Shown here piece after piece: positions 30,973 to 40,075 of a stretch of 64,000 nucleotides of DNA. Below the pieces are notes generated by a model, which saw only the letters and a program-made list of their open reading frames with translations, was not told the DNA's origin and ran no database searches. Within the stretch, counting starts at the first letter, position 1; each line of letters starts with the position of its first letter. The DNA lies in NCBI GenBank assembly GCA_038245295.1, contig JBBRSP010000026.1:19810-83809 (forward strand), in the 5' to 3' direction. This DNA is from Candidatus Binatia bacterium. GTDB taxonomy: Bacteria; Desulfobacterota; Binatia; HRBIN30. The position numbers and the translations under genes were made by a program.

Positions 30973-31820
30973 ACTACGAACAGATACTTCTCGACGTCGA
31001 GGCCGGCGTCGCCACTGTCACCCTCAACCGGCCCGAACGCTTGAACGCCTACACTACCGTGATGCGCCAAGAGCTGGCGCGAGCCTTTGCGGCGCTTGAT
31101 GCCGATGACGACGTGCGCGTCGTCATTGTCACCGGCGCCGGACGCGGCTTTTGCGCCGGTGCCGATATGGGTCCGTCCGGCACGACATTCGAACGGCCCG
31201 ATCCAGAGATGTATCTGGCGCAACTCGCCGCCGAACGCGGCCGCAGTGTCCGACCGTGGGAGATGAGGAAACCCGTCATCGCAGCGATCAACGGCGCGGC
31301 GGTGGGCGTCGGGATTACCATGACGCTGCAATGGGACATTCGCATCGCCGCCGAGAGTGCCAAGATCGCCTTCGCCTTCGTCCGCCGCGGCCTGATTCCC
31401 GAAGCCAGCAGCACTTGGTTGCTGCCGCGGCTTATTGGCGTCAGCCGCGCCGCCGAGCTGCTCTATTCCGGCCGCACGCTGAGTGCGCGCGAGGCCCTCG
31501 AATTCGGCGTTGTCGGGCGAGTGGTTGCCGATAGCGAGCTGCGGCCGACCGTCCGCGCCCTCGCCGCCGATATTGTTGCCAATGCCGCGCCCGTCTCAGT
31601 CGCACTGACCAAGCGCCTGGTTTGGACCAACCTCATGGAACCTGACCTCTACGCCGCCGAGCCGGTCGAGCAGCGGCTGTTCACCTGGGTCGGGGCGCAA
31701 CCGGACGCACGTGAAGGTGTGCAGTCCTTCCTCGAAAAGCGGGCGCCGCAATGGACGATGCGCCCGAGCACCGATCTGCCGCCCTTCACACCGCTGCCGC
31801 CACGCCGCAAGGACACTTGA
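30969..31820 (+). CDS. Enoyl-CoA hydratase/isomerase family protein
   Basis: VTLNRPERLNA, GAGRGFCAGAD, KPVIAAINGAAVG, DAREG..SFLEKR. Confidence 0.93.
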   Translation: MNYEQILLDVEAGVATVTLNRPERLNAYTTVMRQELARAFAALDADDDVRVVIVTGAGRGFCAGADMGPSGTTFERPDPEMYLAQLAAERGRSVRPWEMRKPVIAAINGAAVGVGITMTLQWDIRIAAESAKIAFAFVRRGLIPEASSTWLLPRLIGVSRAAELLYSGRTLSAREALEFGVVGRVVADSELRPTVRALAADIVANAAPVSVALTKRLVWTNLMEPDLYAAEPVEQRLFTWVGAQPDAREGVQSFLEKRAPQWTMRPSTDLPPFTPLPPRRKDT

Positions 31821-31866
31821 ACCGATTGGTCTGGCTCGTCCCCGGAGATTGCGTTAGCGTTCTCCA

Positions 31867-33087
31867 ATGGCCTGGTACCAGAGAGTCGCCAATGGCATCG
31901 TCCATTGGTTCTTTGCTTACTTTTTCCGTTTGCTGATCGGCGCCATCAGCGCCGCTGAATGGTATGTCGGCTGGTGGATTTGCCGGCGACCGGCGGCGCT
32001 GCCCTGGCTCGGGCACGTCGCTGGGATTGCGCTGGTCTACGGAATCAATCGCTGGCTTGTCATGCGCACCCGCACGCCCGGGCTCGCCCAAGCGGGTATC
32101 CAGAGATTGCCACGGCTGTATTACGCCACCGCCTTCACCTGTTTGTTCGCGACACTGTTCCTCCTCCTTGATAATACGGCGTGGGCTTTCGCACGGGCCC
32201 TTTCTGCATCGATTTCGGGTCCCGTGATGGCGGCCCAGGGCAGCTCGGTCGACCGCGCCTTTGTTGGGCTCGGTGACCTCGGCGTTTTCGGAATCGCTGT
32301 CGCGTTTGCCTATGGCTACACCTACGGGCAGCGGCGTCTTGTGGTGCGCGCCATGGACGTCGAGTGTAACGACCCGGCTCTGCGCGGCGTTCGGATGACG
32401 CAGCTGAGCGATATCCATATCGGGCAAAACCTCAACGTTCCGCAGCTCGAAGAGTTCGTCGAACGGGCCAACCAGGTAGGGGCCGAGATCATCTGCATTA
32501 CCGGTGACGTGATCGATTCTCCGGCGGCCGACCTCGAAAAGTATTTGCCGATTCTCGGGCGGCTGCGTGCAAACCACGGCATCTATGTCATCCTCGGGAA
32601 CCACGATCACTATGCCGGCGCCGACCGTGTCGCCGCGGCCCTGGCCGCCCTACCCGGCTTCACCGTGCTGCGCGACGCGCAGACGACCGTAACACTACCC
32701 ACTGGTTCGGTTCATATCATCGGGCTCGACGATCGCGGCCGCGATTGGGCGCGAGGCTTGACCCACGTTCCGGAGCTCGAGCCTCTCCTGGCACAGGCAC
32801 CATCGGGGGTGCCGATGGTTCTATTGAGCCATCGCCCCGATGTGTTTCCGCAGGCTGCCGATGCCGGTGTCGTCTTGACGCTCGCCGGCCATACGCATGG
32901 CGGGCAGCTCGGTATCGGCTGGCCCGGAGGGCGCATCCGTAACCTGGCGGAATTCATCACCGCCTATGACCGCGGCCTGTTCCGCCAGTCCAACTCGTAT
33001 CTCTATGTGAACTGCGGGCTTGGCGTAACCGGCCAACGTATCCGCCTTTGCACGCCACGCGAAATCAGCGTGTTCCGCTTTGCATGA
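31867..33087 (+). CDS. Membrane-bound calcineurin-like metallophosphoesterase (YkuE/YaeI-like)
   Basis: SDIH, TGD..D, GNHD, SHRP, GHTHGGQ; N-terminal TM helices. Confidence 0.93.
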   Translation: MAWYQRVANGIVHWFFAYFFRLLIGAISAAEWYVGWWICRRPAALPWLGHVAGIALVYGINRWLVMRTRTPGLAQAGIQRLPRLYYATAFTCLFATLFLLLDNTAWAFARALSASISGPVMAAQGSSVDRAFVGLGDLGVFGIAVAFAYGYTYGQRRLVVRAMDVECNDPALRGVRMTQLSDIHIGQNLNVPQLEEFVERANQVGAEIICITGDVIDSPAADLEKYLPILGRLRANHGIYVILGNHDHYAGADRVAAALAALPGFTVLRDAQTTVTLPTGSVHIIGLDDRGRDWARGLTHVPELEPLLAQAPSGVPMVLLSHRPDVFPQAADAGVVLTLAGHTHGGQLGIGWPGGRIRNLAEFITAYDRGLFRQSNSYLYVNCGLGVTGQRIRLCTPREISVFRFA

Positions 33088-33269
33088 GCCCGGCACTTGA
33101 TCCGTTTGTCGGGCTGTGTAGCGTTTGCTGCCAGGCGCAGCGCATCGTCAGCGCCCGCGGCTCGAGTTTCTACCTGTGTCGGATGGCCAGTCGCGATGAG
33201 ACGTTTCTACGTTATCCCCGACTGCCAGTCATGAGCTGCCGTGGCTTCGAGGATTTAGAGGAGGCGTAG
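33084..33269 (+). CDS. Small Cys-rich protein (61 aa), putative metal-binding
   Basis: ATGA overlap with the upstream stop; GLCSVC...RGS.F.LC...YPRLPV..C.G pattern. Confidence 0.65.
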   Translation: MSPALDPFVGLCSVCCQAQRIVSARGSSFYLCRMASRDETFLRYPRLPVMSCRGFEDLEEA

Positions 33270-33271
33270 GT

Positions 33272-33922
33272 TCAGACGCTGACCGCGTGAGCGTGACGTG
33301 CTAAGACCGAAGAGGGACAGAAATAGGTAAATGCCCGGCCCACCAACACGGCGATGACGATGTCGTCGATGAACCCCGGCAGGTATGGATCGTCCAGGAT
33401 GAGATCCCCCGGTGCCAACCAATAGGCCAAGCCCAACAGAATGATGATCCGCGCGACCCACGGGGTGCGGCGATCCGCGGCCATTCGCAGGAACAGCCGC
33501 ATGCCGCGCAGCAAGTCGCCCGGCAGACGCGCGATCCGTCGTATGGCCAGCATGCGCGGGTCGGCCACCGAGGCAGTTGCGGTGACCAGCACGAACGTTG
33601 CTGCCGACAACAACACCCAAAGCCACAACTCTGCGGCTTGCAGAATGGCCCAGCCGAAGCGCTCGAAAGAGCGGCTGCCGCGTGCTTGTAGTCGCTGAAC
33701 GAAGCCGGATACACCGGGGCTGGAAAGCGCAGCCGAAATGACGCCGGCCGACGGTTCGAGGTGCCACGCCGTGGGGGCTCCTGAAATCCAAGCGTCGGAC
33801 GCAGCGCCCATGGACGGCAGTGTGACAAGGAATATCGCGCTCAACAGCAGGCCACAGAGCCAATGTCCACGACGATACCTTGTCTCCGTCGAGTCTTTTT
33901 GAGTGTATCGTGCTTTGCGCAT
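33272..33922 (-). CDS. DUF1232/YkvA-domain membrane protein
   Basis: D.RTPW.AR, LAY...P.DL..D..Y..GFIDD; start codon uncertain. Confidence 0.75.
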   Translation of the reverse strand: MRKARYTQKDSTETRYRRGHWLCGLLLSAIFLVTLPSMGAASDAWISGAPTAWHLEPSAGVISAALSSPGVSGFVQRLQARGSRSFERFGWAILQAAELWLWVLLSAATFVLVTATASVADPRMLAIRRIARLPGDLLRGMRLFLRMAADRRTPWVARIIILLGLAYWLAPGDLILDDPYLPGFIDDIVIAVLVGRAFTYFCPSSVLARHAHAVSV

Positions 33923-34085
33923 GCTTCGCCCAGCGAGAATGTTGTCTACCACTACGCCAACGGTGAATCAAAACAATCACGCGCCACCTCCTCACCTCTT
34001 GCTTTGTTCCGTTGCACCACGAGGCGCTGGGATTGCAGCCGCGCTGGCGCGCACGTAAGGATGATTGCCCGAGAAGGAGTTTTCC

Positions 34086-34823
34086 ATGATCCGACACTTG
34101 AGCTTCGCGGCTGTCCCCATCTTGCTGTCAGCCTGCGTCCTGGCCCGCGCCAACGCCGAGAGCGGAGGCAGCGAGCGTCGCACGATCACGGTAAACGCCT
34201 CGAGTGAAATCCGCGCCACGCCGAACCTGGCCCTCGTCTCCTTTGCCGTCGTCACCGAAGGCAAGAAGGCCGCCGACGCGGCCGCCGAGAATGCCAAGCA
34301 ATCGACCGCCGTGAGCGAAGCCCTCAAGAATGCAGTCGCCGGCAACGGCAAGGTCACGAGCGCCGGCTATTCGGTTCAGCCAAAGTACGCCTACGACAGT
34401 CCCGCCGGCGGGCCACGCAGTGCGCCGCGCATCGAGGGCTATACGGTAAACAACCAGATTACGGTTGAAACCTCGAACATTTCTACGGTCGGAAGTCTCA
34501 TCGATCGCGGCTTGGCCGGCGGCGCAAATCAGGTAAACAGCGTGTCGTTCACCCTTTCGGAGCGTAGCGCGCCATTGCGCGAGGCTCTGGCCAAAGCAGG
34601 GGCCGAGGCGAAGGCACAGGCCGAGAGCATCGCTCAAGCGCTCTCCGTGCGTCTCAAGGGTGTCATCGCCGCGTCCACGCAAGGCGGTGTGCGACCGCAG
34701 CCGCGCGTCTACGAAATGAAGATGGTGCGAGCCCAGATGGCCGACGCGGCGGCCAGCACTCCGATCGATGCGGGGGATGTCACCGTCAGTGCCGAGCTCA
34801 CGGTAACCTACGAGATTGAATAA
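34086..34823 (+). CDS. SIMPL-domain (DUF541/YggE) periplasmic protein
   Basis: Signal peptide, RTITV......P..A, Y.V.P.Y, GY...N, GAN.V..V.F, G...V.A...V.YEI. Confidence 0.9.
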   Translation: MIRHLSFAAVPILLSACVLARANAESGGSERRTITVNASSEIRATPNLALVSFAVVTEGKKAADAAAENAKQSTAVSEALKNAVAGNGKVTSAGYSVQPKYAYDSPAGGPRSAPRIEGYTVNNQITVETSNISTVGSLIDRGLAGGANQVNSVSFTLSERSAPLREALAKAGAEAKAQAESIAQALSVRLKGVIAASTQGGVRPQPRVYEMKMVRAQMADAAASTPIDAGDVTVSAELTVTYEIE

Positions 34824-34832
34824 TCCGCACGG

Positions 34833-35378
34833 ATGCCCAGCTACCGTAGTCGACTGTCGCGCCCGCAACAGCGCGTGTACGACCGCAGCGACGCCATTAC
34901 GTCGATCGCCATCAAGCCGTCGCCGAAGTTGATCGCGGCGGTGGCGGCTCTGTCCGAAATCTTACCGGCCGGCCAACCGGCGCGTGTGCAATTCGCGGCG
35001 CAGGCCATCGTCGACGAAATCTGCGTGTCGTTGCGCGTGCCGCGCCTGCGGGTTCTCGTGCACGAGACGCGTCCCTCCAATGATCGCGGCGAGCTCCACG
35101 GTCTATATACACCGCTGGCGGACGGCACGGCGACCATCAAGGTGTGGATGCTGACGGCCAAACGCGGGCAAGTGGTTGCCTTCCGGACCTTCCTGCGGAC
35201 CCTCTTACACGAGGTTTGTCATCACCTGGACTATGCCTTGCTGAGACTCAGCAACTCGCTGCATACGAGCGGGTTCTACAAGCGCGAGTCGAGTCTTTTC
35301 TATCAGGTGGGTGGGGCCCGAGCGACGGTCGAGCCCAAGGGGCGCGCCGTAGCGCGCCCCTTGCCTAGTGCGGATTAG
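34833..35378 (+). CDS. Hypothetical zincin-like protein (HExxH)
   Basis: TLLHEVCHH followed by a downstream H..GFY, as in SprT/WLM-like minigluzincins. Confidence 0.65.
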   Translation: MPSYRSRLSRPQQRVYDRSDAITSIAIKPSPKLIAAVAALSEILPAGQPARVQFAAQAIVDEICVSLRVPRLRVLVHETRPSNDRGELHGLYTPLADGTATIKVWMLTAKRGQVVAFRTFLRTLLHEVCHHLDYALLRLSNSLHTSGFYKRESSLFYQVGGARATVEPKGRAVARPLPSAD

Positions 35379-35388
35379 CGAGGCGTGC

Positions 35389-36576
35389 TTACAGCGCCGC
35401 TTCAAACAGTCCGGCGGCGCCCATGCCGCCACCGATGCACATCGTAACGATGCCCCAGCGCTTCTTGCGACGCTGCAGCTCGAGCATCAGGCTGCCGACC
35501 AGACGGGCGCCGGTCATTCCATACGGGTGGCCGATCGAAATGGCGCCACCGTTCGGATTCAACTTCGCGGGATCGATGCCGAGTTTGTCGCGGCAGTAAA
35601 CGGCCTGCGACGCAAACGCCTCGTTCAGCTCGACGATATCGATATCTTCGATCTTGAGACCGTGGCGCTTGAGCAGCTTCGGCACCGCGAACACCGGGCC
35701 AATGCCCATCTCATCGGGCTCGCAGCCGGCGTAGACACAGCCGCGGAAGTATCCAAGCGGCTTGATGTTCAGCTGCTTTGCCTTTTCCGCCGACAGCATC
35801 AGCACGGCCGCCGCGCCATCGGAGAACTGCGAGGAATTACCGGCCGTCACGCTGCCGCCTTCCTTGAACGCACCCTTCAACTTCGTGAGGCCTTCGGCCG
35901 TGGTATCGGGGCGGTTACACTCGTCTCGATCCGCCGTTACCGTCTTGGTGCTCGTCGTGCCGGTCGCCTTGTCGGTAACTTCCATCTCGACCGTCATCGG
36001 CGCCAGCTCCTCGGCCATGCGGCCGGACGACTGGAAGTCAGCTGTGCGCTTCTGCGACGCCAGGGCGAACTCGTCCTGCTTCTCGCGGCTCACCTTGTAG
36101 CGGTCGGCAACAATCTCGGCGGTGACGCCCATCGGCATGTAGATTTCGCGCTTCACGTCCATGAGGCGCGGATTGAACAGGTTCACCTTGTTGAAGTCGT
36201 TCTGCAACATCGTGATCGACTCCAGGCCACCGCCGATGACGGCATCGGCGCCCTCGGCCTGGATCATATGGGCCGCGACCGCAATGGCGTTGAGGCCAGA
36301 GGAGCAAAAACGGCTGACGGTCGAGCCCGGCACCGTGATCGGCAAGCCGGCCAGGACGGCGACGTTGCGGCCGACGTTGAAGCCCTGCGGACCTTCCGGG
36401 AACCCTGTGCCCATAACGACATCATCGATTTCCGCCGGATCGAAGGCCGGCGTTTTCTTCATCAGGTCCTTGACGACGTGGGCCGCCATGTCATCAGGCC
36501 GAGTCTTGTTGAACGAACCGCGGAACGACTTGGCCAACGCCGTTCGCGAGGTCGCGACGATTACTGCTTCACGCAT
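35389..36576 (-). CDS. Thiolase (acetyl-CoA C-acyltransferase)
   Basis: [38 protein letters not shown]. Confidence 0.96.
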   Translation of the reverse strand: MREAVIVATSRTALAKSFRGSFNKTRPDDMAAHVVKDLMKKTPAFDPAEIDDVVMGTGFPEGPQGFNVGRNVAVLAGLPITVPGSTVSRFCSSGLNAIAVAAHMIQAEGADAVIGGGLESITMLQNDFNKVNLFNPRLMDVKREIYMPMGVTAEIVADRYKVSREKQDEFALASQKRTADFQSSGRMAEELAPMTVEMEVTDKATGTTSTKTVTADRDECNRPDTTAEGLTKLKGAFKEGGSVTAGNSSQFSDGAAAVLMLSAEKAKQLNIKPLGYFRGCVYAGCEPDEMGIGPVFAVPKLLKRHGLKIEDIDIVELNEAFASQAVYCRDKLGIDPAKLNPNGGAISIGHPYGMTGARLVGSLMLELQRRKKRWGIVTMCIGGGMGAAGLFEAAL

Positions 36577-36706
36577 AGTTCCTCCGTGTGGATCGAAAAG
36601 ATTGGTTCGTCTTCTCTCAGGAGTGCAGGCTAGATTCAAGCTGGGTCGGCGGCCATCTCATTGACCGCTCCGTCGCCCTCAGCCATGAACCGCTTAGGAC
36701 CTTCCC

Positions 36707-38548
36707 ATGCGATATTCGATCCTCGCCCTACTCGTCGTCGTGGCTGCTGCTTCGGCAGCCACCGCCCGGCCCATCGATGTCCCCCTGCAGTTGGACCATG
36801 CCTTCCTGCGCGAGGCGCTGGTCAGCAAGCTCTACACAACGGCAAGCGGCAAAGCTGTGCTGTGGGATGACGGCAGCGGTTGCGGCTTCCTCAAGCTCCG
36901 TGATCCGCAGATCACCACCGTCGGCTCGCGCGTCCGCATCGTCAGTCGTGGCGAAGGGCGCATTGGACAAGCTGTCGGTAGCCAGTGCATCGCGCCCATC
37001 CAGTGGGATGGCTTCATCGAGGTCTTGGAAGAGGTTTGGCTGCCGAGCGACGATCGCCAACTGCGTTTCCGAGTCGTCGAGTCCAACCTCTACGACAGCA
37101 AAATGAAGAAGGGACTGCTGTCGGCGCAGGTGTGGGATCGCGTCAAGGACAACGTGCAGCCGACCTTCGAGAACGTCAGCATCGATCTCGCCGACGTCAC
37201 CAAAGATCTGCGCGATATGCTGCCCCTGGTTTTGACCGGGCACGAGGCGCTCCGCGTCTCACGTGCGGTCGATTCCCTCCGTTTCGTCACCGCGGCGGCC
37301 GCCGAATCCGGCGTGCACCTGCTGCTTCGCTTTGACCTCGAGCCAAACTCCAGCGCCGGCGGTCCGACGCCGGAGCCAACCTTTTCCAGTGATGAGCTCG
37401 CCCGCTGGGAGGCCGGTTGGGAGCGCTGGGACGGTTTCCTGACCTTTGTCATCAAACACGTCTGGAACGATACGTTGTTCCCCGACCTGCGCCAGCCGTT
37501 AGTCGATGTACTGCTTGACGGTCGCTACGACATCCTCGAGGCCTTGGCGCCAACCGGCGACGGTGCCGCAGACCCGGTGCGCGCCCTCTTCCTGCGCAGC
37601 TGGGAGCGTCTGGCCCCGGTCTTGCGCCAGTCCGCGGCGCGCCAGCCCGGCAGCACCGCGCTGCGCTACTTCAGCTTCGCAACCGCCGCCGACGCGTTGG
37701 TTGCACTCGATGCCGCCGGCCCGGACATCGGCCTCGACATTTCGGCGGACGGCCTGCGTCGTTTGGCGCGCATCCTGGCGCCGGAGATGGCGTCGGATCC
37801 CCTCGACTACACCACCGGAGTCGATCCCGCCCTGCGTACCCTCTTCGGCTTCGGCCCACCGCTCGATCCACCCGATCTATCCGCCATGCCCACCGATGAC
37901 GTCTCCTGGTGGCGCGGCTGGCTCTCGCCCACCACGGCCTGGGCCGGCGACGACAGCCCACCGGCAGCAACCCTACGAACCTGGCTCGCCGACCGCGATA
38001 ACATCACCGAGTATCTCAACGGCGTCCAAGGGATCTTGAACGAGGCCGCCGCCGCCGTCCTGGCGCGTTCCGGTCTGCCCGACAAGCACCAGTCGATGTA
38101 TCGAATGCTCGTCTTGGCAACGGCGTGGAAGGAAAGCTGCTGGCGGCAGTTTGTCGAGCGCTCCGGGAAGATCACCTTCCTGCGTTCGCCCGTTGGTGCC
38201 GCCGGCATGATGCAGATCAACGAGAAAGTCTGGCGCGGCCTCTACGACCTGCGTGGTTTGCGCTGGGACATTCGATACAACGCCCGTGCCGGGGCCGAGA
38301 TCGTCCTGCGCTACCTGTCAGACTACGCCATTGCCAAGCGCGAGGACTCGTTCCCCGGAGGCGCCGACAACCTGCCGCGCGCCACCTATGCCGTGTACAA
38401 CGGCGGCCCCGGGCATCTAACGCGTTACCGCAAGCCGGGCACCAAGCCGTTGCTGCGCCGGATCGACGAAGGGTTCTACGAAAAGTTCCAGGCGGTCCGC
38501 CGCGGCAAGGTGATGGATGTCGCCAAGTGCATCATTGGTGGCGACTGA
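36707..38548 (+). CDS. Exported multidomain protein with a C-terminal SLT-type lytic transglycosylase domain
   Basis: Signal peptide; AWKES (catalytic Glu), GA.GMMQI, N...G...L, YAVYNGGPG. Confidence 0.85.
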   Translation: MRYSILALLVVVAAASAATARPIDVPLQLDHAFLREALVSKLYTTASGKAVLWDDGSGCGFLKLRDPQITTVGSRVRIVSRGEGRIGQAVGSQCIAPIQWDGFIEVLEEVWLPSDDRQLRFRVVESNLYDSKMKKGLLSAQVWDRVKDNVQPTFENVSIDLADVTKDLRDMLPLVLTGHEALRVSRAVDSLRFVTAAAAESGVHLLLRFDLEPNSSAGGPTPEPTFSSDELARWEAGWERWDGFLTFVIKHVWNDTLFPDLRQPLVDVLLDGRYDILEALAPTGDGAADPVRALFLRSWERLAPVLRQSAARQPGSTALRYFSFATAADALVALDAAGPDIGLDISADGLRRLARILAPEMASDPLDYTTGVDPALRTLFGFGPPLDPPDLSAMPTDDVSWWRGWLSPTTAWAGDDSPPAATLRTWLADRDNITEYLNGVQGILNEAAAAVLARSGLPDKHQSMYRMLVLATAWKESCWRQFVERSGKITFLRSPVGAAGMMQINEKVWRGLYDLRGLRWDIRYNARAGAEIVLRYLSDYAIAKREDSFPGGADNLPRATYAVYNGGPGHLTRYRKPGTKPLLRRIDEGFYEKFQAVRRGKVMDVAKCIIGGD

Positions 38549-38558
38549 CCACCTTCAC

Positions 38559-38723
38559 CGCAGGCTGAAGCCTGCGCCTACCCCGCGGAATCAAGGGCGA
38601 AGGAAAGACCGGTAGGCGCAGGTTTTAGCCTGCGGAGTGCTCCGAATGCGAATTACCGTGCGAAGGCCCGGTAGGCGCAGGCTTCAGCCTGCGGAGTGCT
38701 CCGAATTACCGTGCGAAGGCCCG
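38559..38723. repeat. GTAG-type REP cluster (one inverted and two tandem copies of GTAGGCGCAGGCTTCAGCCTGCG)
   Basis: Copies at 38559-38581 (reverse), 38612-38634 and 38671-38693, between convergent genes; a further copy at 60934-60956. Confidence 0.9.
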
Positions 38724-40070
38724 CTAGCCATTGCTGGCAGCGGCCGATTCGATGCACTGCTCGAAGACCCGGCGCCAGTTGGTGACCGTACCCAGTTGCT
38801 GCAGATACGCGTCGAGGCCCATGAGGGCGCGAAACAGGAAGACGCGATGGCCCGGGTCTTTGAAGTTGCGGCTCTCGAACGCGATGGAAGCGACCTGCAG
38901 GCCGCGCTCGACAGAGTTGTATTCCTTCGGATTGAACTGGCCGTCGCGCGTCACCGGCTCGAAGATGATGTTCATGATGCGGATCATCGGCGCCGGGTCG
39001 TCGTCTGGATCGATATACTCGAGCGTCACCAGGCATTCCGCCATCGTCTTCTTGTCGCCCGCCAGGATCGCCCGCGCCAGCCGCCAGTAGGCGCGTCGCG
39101 TCGCGTCTGGGAAAACGCGGATCGAGCCGAAATCGAGAATGACCAGCTTCGGATGAAACGTGATCAGGTAGTTGCCGGGATTCGGGTCGGTGTGCAGGAC
39201 ACCAAACTCGAACACCTGACGCCACAGCACACGAAAGTACTTCAGCGCCACCCAGTCCTTGGTCGACTGATCGACGCCCGGGCCGAGAATTGTCGGGAAC
39301 GGGTACCCCTCGATATATTCCATCGTCAGGACGCGGCGCGATGAGTACTTCCGAAAGACGTTCGGAATGATCACCTCGTCGTCATCGCTGAACATCTTCC
39401 GGAAGCGCACGATGTTGTTGGCTTCGCCGAGATAGTCGAGTTCTTCATTGAGACGCTCTTCGAGCTCGCGGGCGACCTCGGATTGATCGATCTTCTGGCG
39501 CATCACATCGCGGCCGAGGCGCGTGAACGCCTGCAACAGGGCCTTGATGTTCTGGAGATCTTGTTTGACGGTTTCCTCGACCCCCGGATACTGCACCTTG
39601 ACGACGACGTCTTCGCCGGAAGGGAGTTGGGCGCGATGCACCTGACCGAGCGAGGCCGCGGCAAACGCTTCTTTATCGAACGCGGCGAAGAGCTCTTCGG
39701 GAGGTTTGCCGAGCTCGGAAACAATTTGCTTGCGAATCAACTTGTAGTCCATCGGCGGGACCGATGACTGTACCGAGGAGAGCACACCGAGCACTTCGGT
39801 TGGCAGGATGTCGTCGCGCATCGACAGCAACTGGATGAGCTTGGTGAACGCCCCGCGCAGTTCCTTCGAGCCCTCGACGACTTTCACGGCACTCTTGATG
39901 TGTGTGTCGAGCATCGCCTGCTGGCGCTTGTCGGCAGACTGAAATGGCGCCCGCAGGGCGTTCATCAGGTAACTGGAACCAACCGAGGTCGCGAGCTCGC
40001 CCACCTTGAATACACGCTTGGCGCGTCCCTTCGTGATCTCCCCCGTGGGCTTCTTGCGCGACGTGGCCAT
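38724..40070 (-). CDS. ABC1/AarF/UbiB-family atypical kinase
   Basis: G...K..Q, AAASLGQVH, VKVQYPG, ELDY..EA, H.DP.PGN, LDFG. Confidence 0.95.
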   Translation of the reverse strand: MATSRKKPTGEITKGRAKRVFKVGELATSVGSSYLMNALRAPFQSADKRQQAMLDTHIKSAVKVVEGSKELRGAFTKLIQLLSMRDDILPTEVLGVLSSVQSSVPPMDYKLIRKQIVSELGKPPEELFAAFDKEAFAAASLGQVHRAQLPSGEDVVVKVQYPGVEETVKQDLQNIKALLQAFTRLGRDVMRQKIDQSEVARELEERLNEELDYLGEANNIVRFRKMFSDDDEVIIPNVFRKYSSRRVLTMEYIEGYPFPTILGPGVDQSTKDWVALKYFRVLWRQVFEFGVLHTDPNPGNYLITFHPKLVILDFGSIRVFPDATRRAYWRLARAILAGDKKTMAECLVTLEYIDPDDDPAPMIRIMNIIFEPVTRDGQFNPKEYNSVERGLQVASIAFESRNFKDPGHRVFLFRALMGLDAYLQQLGTVTNWRRVFEQCIESAAASNG

Positions 40071-40075
40071 CGGCC

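Noticed and set aside
35368..36633. 421-aa plus-strand ORF
   Set aside because: Antisense shadow of the thiolase.
38559..38723. Possible CRISPR array
   Set aside because: Only three 23-nt units, one inverted, with duplicated rather than unique spacers and no cas genes; fits REP elements.
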